The position numbers and the translations under genes were made by a program. 32,000 bases of DNA from Verrucomicrobiota bacterium (GTDB taxonomy: Bacteria; Verrucomicrobiota; Verrucomicrobiia; Opitutales; LL51): assembly GCA_021294815.2 (NCBI GenBank), contig CP095464.1, forward strand, positions 630,001 through 662,000, given 5' to 3'. Positions 26,801 to 32,000 of the stretch are shown here, piece by piece; the first letter of the stretch is position 1, and each line of letters starts with the position of its first letter. Below the pieces are notes generated by a model. The model was given only the letters and a program-made list of their open reading frames with translations. It searched no databases and was not told the DNA's origin.

Positions 26801-28543
26801 TTGAGCGAGCGTCGCGAAGTTGAGTGGAAATTTTTAGATGCAGATCCTGTTGTCGTTGAGCGTCTGTCGCAAAAGCTTGGTATTTCTAAGACTTTGGCAT
26901 CGATTCTCGTCCAGCGTGGGGTAGCGACGGTTCCCGAGGCCGAACGCTTTATCGCACCGAAAATTTCCGATCTCGGCGATCCATTTCTATTGCCCAATAT
27001 GCGCGAGGCAGTTGCGCTTTTAGATCGTTATGTTGCCCAAAAAGCGCCGATTTCAATCATTGGCGATTACGACGTCGATGGGATCACTAGTACCGCTTTG
27101 CTGGTGAGTGTATTGGCGCATTTCGGTATCCATCCGCAGTATTTTATTCCTCGGCGGTTCTCCGAAGGCTACGGAATGTCGCAAGAAATTGTCAACCGTA
27201 TGCTCAAAAAAAGCTGTCCTAAACTCGTAATCGCGCTCGATTGCGGGACCAATTCGGTTAAGGAAATTAATTTTTTACAGCGTCGCCGGATCGATGTTTT
27301 GGTGATCGATCACCATATGTTAACGGCTGAAAATGTCCCTGAGCACGCGACCATTCTGAATCCCCACACTGTCGAAAGTTCTGAGACGTTACGAGCGATG
27401 TGCACTGTGGGGCTCGTATTTAAATTTGTCCATGCGTTCTTAAAACAGCGACGTATTCAGGGCGATGAACGCGCATTTTCGATCCGCTTGCGCAATTATT
27501 TCGATATCATTGCACTTGGGACAATTGCTGATATGATGCCGGTCCGTGGCGAGAACCGCGTGCTGGTAAAGTACGGTCTGCAGTCTTTTGCCAAGGAACG
27601 ACGCCCGGGACTGGATGCGCTGTGTTCGGTGTCGAATATTCCCTCGGGGATGTCGATTACTCAGCAGGATGTTTCGTTTAAGTTGGCACCGCGAATCAAT
27701 GTTAGTGGGCGGCTTTCGGATGCGGCATTGCCCGTAGAACTGTTGCTATCGGGCCGTATTTCAGATGCGATGCTGATCGCGAAAAAGGTCGACAAACTCA
27801 ACCGAGAGCGCCAAAAAATCGAGCACGAAATCACACTGGAGGCGGAAAAAGTTGTTAGCGAATCTTACAGAGAAGATCCGGGTATTGTCCTTTATAGCCC
27901 CCATTGGCATTCAGGAGTTGTCGGTATCGTTGCAGGAAAGTTATCGCGAGAGTACGAGCGCCCCGTGATCGTTTTGGCATTGGAACGCGGTTTGGCGAAG
28001 GGATCGGGACGAAGCCCGGGACCAGATCTCGTTGACATCCTCAGTGAATGCCGCGAATATGTTACTGCTTGGGGCGGACATAAGATGGCCGTTGGAATTT
28101 CGTTGGAACCCGATCAGGTTGAAATTTTCCGACAAAAGTTCAATGAAGCCATCGCAAAACGAAAAACCGAAGGAACTCGCGGTGAGACAATTGAAGTCGC
28201 CGGGACGCTCCAGAAAAATGAGATCGATGACGCCTTAGCTTACGAATTAGAGACCTTTTTACAGCCCTATGGTCAGCAAAACGAGGAGCCGATTTTTTGT
28301 GTCGAGCGGGTCCGTTTTTTGAATTGTACCGAGTTTTTTGGGGCGGAGAAAAAACATTTCCGTTTTTGGATCGAGAGTTCACCACATGTTTGGCTATCGG
28401 GGATCGCATGGGATATGGCTTCACGCTTCCCAGAAAAAAATCGTGATATCGATATCTTGGTCAAAATCGCATACGATACTTGGAATAATGAAAAATTTCT
28501 CCTTATGCGGCTCGTCGATTGGCGCTATTCGGAAAAATCGTAA
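26801..28543 (+). CDS. recJ: single-stranded-DNA-specific exonuclease RecJ
   Basis: DHH-family motifs ISIIGDYDVDGITSTALL, ALDCGT, VIDHH and GTIADMMP, plus the DHHA1 region GGHKMAVG. TTG 26801 is preceded by GGAGG (26792..26796). The track's GTG 26768 is an alternative start. Confidence 0.92.
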   Translation: MSERREVEWKFLDADPVVVERLSQKLGISKTLASILVQRGVATVPEAERFIAPKISDLGDPFLLPNMREAVALLDRYVAQKAPISIIGDYDVDGITSTALLVSVLAHFGIHPQYFIPRRFSEGYGMSQEIVNRMLKKSCPKLVIALDCGTNSVKEINFLQRRRIDVLVIDHHMLTAENVPEHATILNPHTVESSETLRAMCTVGLVFKFVHAFLKQRRIQGDERAFSIRLRNYFDIIALGTIADMMPVRGENRVLVKYGLQSFAKERRPGLDALCSVSNIPSGMSITQQDVSFKLAPRINVSGRLSDAALPVELLLSGRISDAMLIAKKVDKLNRERQKIEHEITLEAEKVVSESYREDPGIVLYSPHWHSGVVGIVAGKLSREYERPVIVLALERGLAKGSGRSPGPDLVDILSECREYVTAWGGHKMAVGISLEPDQVEIFRQKFNEAIAKRKTEGTRGETIEVAGTLQKNEIDDALAYELETFLQPYGQQNEEPIFCVERVRFLNCTEFFGAEKKHFRFWIESSPHVWLSGIAWDMASRFPEKNRDIDILVKIAYDTWNNEKFLLMRLVDWRYSEKS

Positions 28544-28584
28544 AAAGACTTGCAAAATTTTTAAGATAGCGCGAAGCTTGGGGT

Positions 28585-29286
28585 ATGAGGGATCGGAGCG
28601 AGTGCGCGGGGCATCGAGAGCGGTTGCGACAGCGATTTTTGCGCTCCGGCTTTGCAGGATTTGCCGAGCATGAAATCATAGAATTACTACTGACCTTCTG
28701 TCTCCCACGTAAGGATGTTAAGCCTCTGGCAAAAGCACTTTTAAAGCAATTCGGTTCGATCCACACACTGGTCGATGCTGATACGATGGCGCTTCAAAAA
28801 GTACCAGGAATGGGGCGAGTGGCTCCAGTCGCAATGCGCTTTATAAAACAGTTTGCTGAGCGTTACTTTTGGGAAAAATCGACGACTGGGACTGAAAATA
28901 TTTTAGATCATTATGAAGCTTTGGAAAAATTTTGGACTTTACGCCTTGGCGGGCAAAAACGTGAAATACTGGAGGTCGCATTTCTCGATACGCATCTGCG
29001 ACTTTTAAAAGAAGGCGTTATGCAAATTTCTGAGGGCGTAGTCGATCGTACCGCGGTATCATTGCGTAAGATCGTCGAAGGCGCACTTGTACATAACGCT
29101 CATGCCATCGTCATGGCCCATAACCATCCCTCCGGAAGCGCACTGCCCTCGGATGCCGATTGCTTAGTGACACAGAAAGTCGAAAAACTCGTGACTACCC
29201 TTGGTATTCGATTTATTGATCACCTCATTATTGCGGCAAACGAGATCTATTCGTTCCGTAAATCGGGATTGATTATAAAAGGATAG
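28585..29286 (+). CDS. radC: RadC-family JAB-domain protein (UPF0758)
   Basis: 233 aa. N-terminus HRERLRQRFLRSGFAGFAEHEIIELLL...KDVKPLAKALLKQFGSI...L..VPGMG (helix-hairpin-helix part). JAMM-like motif AIVMAHNHPSGSALPSDADCLVTQKV. Confidence 0.9.
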   Translation: MRDRSECAGHRERLRQRFLRSGFAGFAEHEIIELLLTFCLPRKDVKPLAKALLKQFGSIHTLVDADTMALQKVPGMGRVAPVAMRFIKQFAERYFWEKSTTGTENILDHYEALEKFWTLRLGGQKREILEVAFLDTHLRLLKEGVMQISEGVVDRTAVSLRKIVEGALVHNAHAIVMAHNHPSGSALPSDADCLVTQKVEKLVTTLGIRFIDHLIIAANEIYSFRKSGLIIKG

Positions 29287-29288
29287 TC

Positions 29289-29645
29289 CTATTCCAGTTT
29301 CATAAGGAGGTTGTCGACGGTCGATTTGACGCGACGTAACATTCCTGCAGGTTTGGATCTGAGAAGCTCGGTAATGCGTGCGGTGAAGTCCTCTTGTGAG
29401 TAATTGGCCGTTTCCAAAAGATAGAGTAAAATACCATCGCGATGGATTTGGTAAGATCGGCGTTTTTCATGACCACGTGCAGCCCGGCCGTTGAGGACAT
29501 GTCCGAAAATTTTTTGATTATCGAACGCATCTCGAATATACTGATCTGTTTTCCCAACAATACTCGCCATCTCCTTCGGCGAAAACCACGTTTTATTCGG
29601 CAGCATGAATTCAAAAAATTCAGCCCCTTGGTTCGCTGTTCTCAT
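29289..29645 (-). CDS. small DNA-binding protein with excisionase/MerR-type helix-turn-helix
   Basis: 118 aa. WFSPKEMASIVGKTDQYIRDAFDNQKI...RRSYQIHRDGILLYL fits the HTH_17/excisionase-like pattern. AGGGA lies 5 nt upstream of ATG 29645. Its stop is 2 nt from the radC stop (convergent). Confidence 0.55.
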   Translation of the reverse strand: MRTANQGAEFFEFMLPNKTWFSPKEMASIVGKTDQYIRDAFDNQKIFGHVLNGRAARGHEKRRSYQIHRDGILLYLLETANYSQEDFTARITELLRSKPAGMLRRVKSTVDNLLMKLE

Positions 29646-29856
29646 GTGTATCCCTAATAAAAAAGAACGATTTTAGGCTCTGAAGTTTGAGATCAATTTG
29701 CCGGAGTTCCTCGGAACATTTCCGTAATTGTACACTCGTCGTCTCATCGGGCATGAAACTTGCTAAGACGTCGTAGAGCTCAACACGTTTTTCAACTGGC
29801 TCTGTTTCTAATTTCTTGAGAACATATTTAATGAGCTGTTCCGCTGAATTTTCCAT
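29620..29856 (-). CDS. hypothetical small acidic helical protein
   Basis: 78-aa ORF with GGGA 7 nt upstream of the ATG. Overlaps the start of the downstream HTH gene by 26 nt. No recognisable motif, so its coding status is less certain. Confidence 0.4.
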   Translation of the reverse strand: MENSAEQLIKYVLKKLETEPVEKRVELYDVLASFMPDETTSVQLRKCSEELRQIDLKLQSLKSFFFIRDTHENSEPRG

Positions 29857-29947
29857 AGATGATCCCGTTCAAAACACTTTTTTGTTGCAAAATTTTACAG
29901 CCGCGCAACGCTCGCGCCAGGCAGTGGTGGGTTTCTCAACCCGTAAC

Positions 29948-29989
29948 GTAGAATTTACACTTTTGTCTTTAAAGTCAAAATAATTCTAC
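29948..29989. repeat. 8-bp perfect inverted repeat GTAGAATT (29948..29955) / AATTCTAC (29982..29989) in the divergent promoter region
   Basis: Read directly from the sequence. The right arm ends 5 nt before the XRE gene ATG (29995). The arms do not extend further. Any operator function is only a hypothesis. Confidence 0.5.
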
Positions 29990-29994
29990 TTAAA

Positions 29995-30534
29995 ATGGAA
30001 GAATTTCGTCAGTCGAGCTCTGAACGGAACAGAGGAGGGGATAGTGGATTTGGGTTGCGGTTTCGTCTGCTACTCGGTTACCACGATTTGACGTTGAAAG
30101 ATGTCAGCGAGGTTACAGGTGCCGCGATTTCGACGGTTAGTACGTGGCGCAATGGTCGAATTCCTTCATCACGTGATGTTATTGAGCGTATCGCGCAGCT
30201 ATTCCATGTTACTCCGGCATACCTATTATACGGTGGAACCGCAACGGAAAGCGATGTGGACCCATCCTTCTGGGAAATTTCAAGTGGGATGCCGCAAAAA
30301 CGGGATCATGACCAGTTATTGCGTCGGCGAATCGAGTTGTATTTCGGTGACTACCTCAATGAAGCGGAAAAATATGAGGGAGGTCTGGAGCATACCTGGT
30401 TGCAGCTTGTTCGGGAGTTTCCTGCGCATTGGTTTCAAAACGCCGGTGAGATCGTTGTACGTAAGTCTTCTAAAGACAAAACAACTATCCGAATTTCCAT
30501 GGACCCAAATGAGGAATTATCCTCGAGTGAATAG
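29995..30534 (+). CDS. XRE/Cro-C1-family helix-turn-helix regulator with an uncharacterised C-terminal domain
   Basis: 179 aa. FGLRFRLLLGYHDLTLKDVSEVTGAAISTVSTWRNGRIPSSRDVIERIAQLFHVTPAYLLYG is a canonical XRE HTH. Residues ~85-179 match no motif I know. The 3' end overlaps the LysR gene 3' end by 18 nt. Confidence 0.75.
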   Translation: MEEFRQSSSERNRGGDSGFGLRFRLLLGYHDLTLKDVSEVTGAAISTVSTWRNGRIPSSRDVIERIAQLFHVTPAYLLYGGTATESDVDPSFWEISSGMPQKRDHDQLLRRRIELYFGDYLNEAEKYEGGLEHTWLQLVREFPAHWFQNAGEIVVRKSSKDKTTIRISMDPNEELSSSE

Positions 30535-31431
30535 TGCAATGGGTTCGTTTTCGGACCGATATTCGTTCAAAATATTCAAGAATTGTTGGGCACTTTGAGA
30601 AGGTGTTCGCTCTTTAGGGTAGGAAACGTACAGCGAGAAGGGTAACGTGCACTCTGTGAGTGAGATTTTTTGAAAACGAGATCCATCCGAAGACGAGATA
30701 TCGGGAAATACCGTACTTCGCGGTAAAAATGCAATGCCGTTGTGCGATAGAACGGCCTGTTTGACGAGTTCAATTTGCCCGAGTTCAACCGTATAATGAG
30801 GTGATAAAGCATAGTTCTCCAGTGCTTTTTCAAAAACATTGCGGAGCGAATGTTGTGAATGAAACCCGACGAGTGGAAAAGTTTTGATTTTTTGTAGTGC
30901 TAGCGTTTCCGGTTGGGGGAAGGTCTTTCGGGATCCAATAGGAATAAACTCTTCCTTTAGAAATGGGCTTGAGGTAAAATCGCGCGACGATAGGGGTTTT
31001 TCAAAGAGAAAGAGGTCTGAGCGGAGCCCCTGTCTCGCCTGCATGCTGTCGGCGTAGTGAATATCGATATTAAATTTCTGAAAGCGTTGAAAGTATTCGT
31101 GGATAAATTGCGGCAAGATATAGACACCGATCCAATCACTCGTGGCAATCATGAGTTCGTCGGGGTCGTTTTTTGAGGGATTTTCGATGTCGGAAAGCAT
31201 CGTCGCATAGTGAGAGAGAATCTGTTGCGCGTATTTGTAAAAAATTAACCCCTCACGTGTCAGCTTAAGTGATTTCTGTGTTTTTTCGATGAGATTGACC
31301 TTTAATGTGCTTTCAATAGCTCTGATGCGCTGACTGATGGCGGACTGCGAAACCTGATTTTTGCGTGCTGCTTCCGAAAAACTCGCGCTATCGACGAGGT
31401 CTAAAAAAACTTTCATCATGCCGATATTCAT
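30517..31431 (-). CDS. LysR-family transcriptional regulator
   Basis: 304 aa. N-terminal wHTH MKVFLDLVDSASFSEAARKNQVSQSAISQRIRAIESTLKVNLIEKTQKSLKLTREG, then a periplasmic-binding-protein-like effector domain of typical length. Confidence 0.9.
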   Translation of the reverse strand: MNIGMMKVFLDLVDSASFSEAARKNQVSQSAISQRIRAIESTLKVNLIEKTQKSLKLTREGLIFYKYAQQILSHYATMLSDIENPSKNDPDELMIATSDWIGVYILPQFIHEYFQRFQKFNIDIHYADSMQARQGLRSDLFLFEKPLSSRDFTSSPFLKEEFIPIGSRKTFPQPETLALQKIKTFPLVGFHSQHSLRNVFEKALENYALSPHYTVELGQIELVKQAVLSHNGIAFLPRSTVFPDISSSDGSRFQKISLTECTLPFSLYVSYPKERTPSQSAQQFLNILNEYRSENEPIALFTRG

Positions 31432-31466
31432 CGCGTCGTCGGTGCTTATTCTATAAAAAAAAATCC

Positions 31467-31481
31467 ATTAGTGAAGCTAAT
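31467..31481. promoter_or_regulatory. candidate LysR-type binding site (T-N11-A dyad)
   Basis: ATTAG-TGAAG-CTAAT has 5-bp perfect inverted arms containing a T-N11-A core (TTAGTGAAGCTAA). It lies 36 nt upstream of the LysR ATG, in the divergent region shared with the AsmA-like gene. Confidence 0.4.
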
Positions 31482-31557
31482 ATTTACTTTTATTTAACAA
31501 TTGAGTCTCTAAAAATAAAAGCTGGTACGGTACCGGTTTTTATCTACAGTCGCCATC

Positions 31558-32000
31558 GTGGATACGCTCAAGAAAATTTTGTTATTTCCGTTTGTTGTTT
31601 TACGTATGCTTTGGCGCGGATTGGTGCTCATTTGGCAGTGGAGTTTTTATGTGAGCCTTGTACTTTTTCTACTTTTCCTGCTCGCCTGGGCTTCACTAAA
31701 TTTTTGGCTCCCGTGGGTTTCCAGCCATTATATGAAGCGAAAGACGGGTTTCAGGCTCGTAATCCAAGATTCCAATTGCTCGATTTACCATGGGTTACTC
31801 GATTTTCGTGACCTTACGATCAAAAATCCAGAGAATGATACTTTTAAACAAGAAGATCTTGTGCGATTCCATCAAGTGCGAGCGAGTATTGATTGGATAT
31901 CACTCTATCGCTCTTATTTCCCTGGAGGAAATTCCGAGGAAATTGTCATTCCGGAAGTCGATATCGATGTCGAAAAATTGATTTGTGAGCCTGGTAAGCA
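31558..32000 (+). CDS. AsmA/DUF748-like membrane-anchored protein (N-terminal part; continues past window end)
   Basis: Not in the ORF track because no stop is reached. Frame 1 is open from the stop at 31516..31518 to base 32000. From GTG 31558: VDTLKKILLFPFVVLRMLWRGLVLIWQWSFYVSLVLFLLFLLAWASLNFWLPWVSSHYMKRKTGFRLVIQDSNCSIYHGLLDFRDLTIKNPENDTFKQEDLVRFHQVRASIDWISLYRS...EEIVIPEVDIDVEKL. An N-terminal TM helix followed by the pattern 'tG..l.i.d...s...g.l....l.i.NP' resembles AsmA-like/DUF748 N-termini. Confidence 0.55.
   Translation, partial: MDTLKKILLFPFVVLRMLWRGLVLIWQWSFYVSLVLFLLFLLAWASLNFWLPWVSSHYMKRKTGFRLVIQDSNCSIYHGLLDFRDLTIKNPENDTFKQEDLVRFHQVRASIDWISLYRSYFPGGNSEEIVIPEVDIDVEKLICEPGK

Noticed and set aside
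30101-30598. 165-aa + strand ORF overlapping the XRE gene in another frame
   Set aside because: The 29995 frame contains a canonical XRE helix-turn-helix. The alternative frame has no recognisable features and would also overlap lysR.
31524-31534. GGTACGGTACC followed by a T-run as a possible terminator or hairpin
   Set aside because: The arms are separated by a single base, so no stable hairpin loop can form. More likely a chance dyad or a protein site, and it is too short to call.
31365-31811. 148-aa + strand ORF listed in the track
   Set aside because: It begins inside the LysR coding region and crosses the AT-rich promoter region. Its composition is odd (Cys/Phe/Arg-rich). The frame-1 ORF from 31558, with a TM helix and an AsmA-like pattern, is the better model.
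1-32000. Scan for CRISPR arrays, tandem repeats, IS elements, rRNA or large structured RNAs
   Set aside because: No regularly spaced direct repeats, no transposase- or integrase-like ORFs, and no intergenic region longer than about 200 bp that could hold such elements.

Overview
Gene-dense bacterial chromosomal window on both strands: I support 32 protein-coding genes, 2 tRNAs and 1 clear intrinsic terminator. I saw no rRNA, CRISPR array, transposase, integrase or long repeat. Most content is housekeeping: glgP, clpC, rpmH, rnpA/cmk, plsC, infC, an amidase, tkt, an RNA m5U methyltransferase, a HIT protein, secDF, recJ and radC. Envelope genes (beta-barrel OMP ending in Phe, SurA-like chaperone, GspA/GspB-like pair, AsmA-like protein) point to a diderm bacterium, but I cannot assign a taxon from the sequence. 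Two genes absent from the ORF track were found by hand: rpmH (12893..13042, 49 aa) and an AsmA/DUF748-like ORF that runs off the 3' edge (31558..32000). I found no convincing novel multi-gene system. The items most worth a second look are: an in-frame RnpA-Cmk fusion; a three-gene HTH cassette between radC and a LysR gene; a Nudix protein with an interrupted, partly duplicated Nudix box next to a stand-alone transhydrogenase dI-like gene; a lone OppB-type permease between a SurA-like gene and secDF; and a possible AUU start for infC. All functional calls rest on motif recognition by eye, with no database search.
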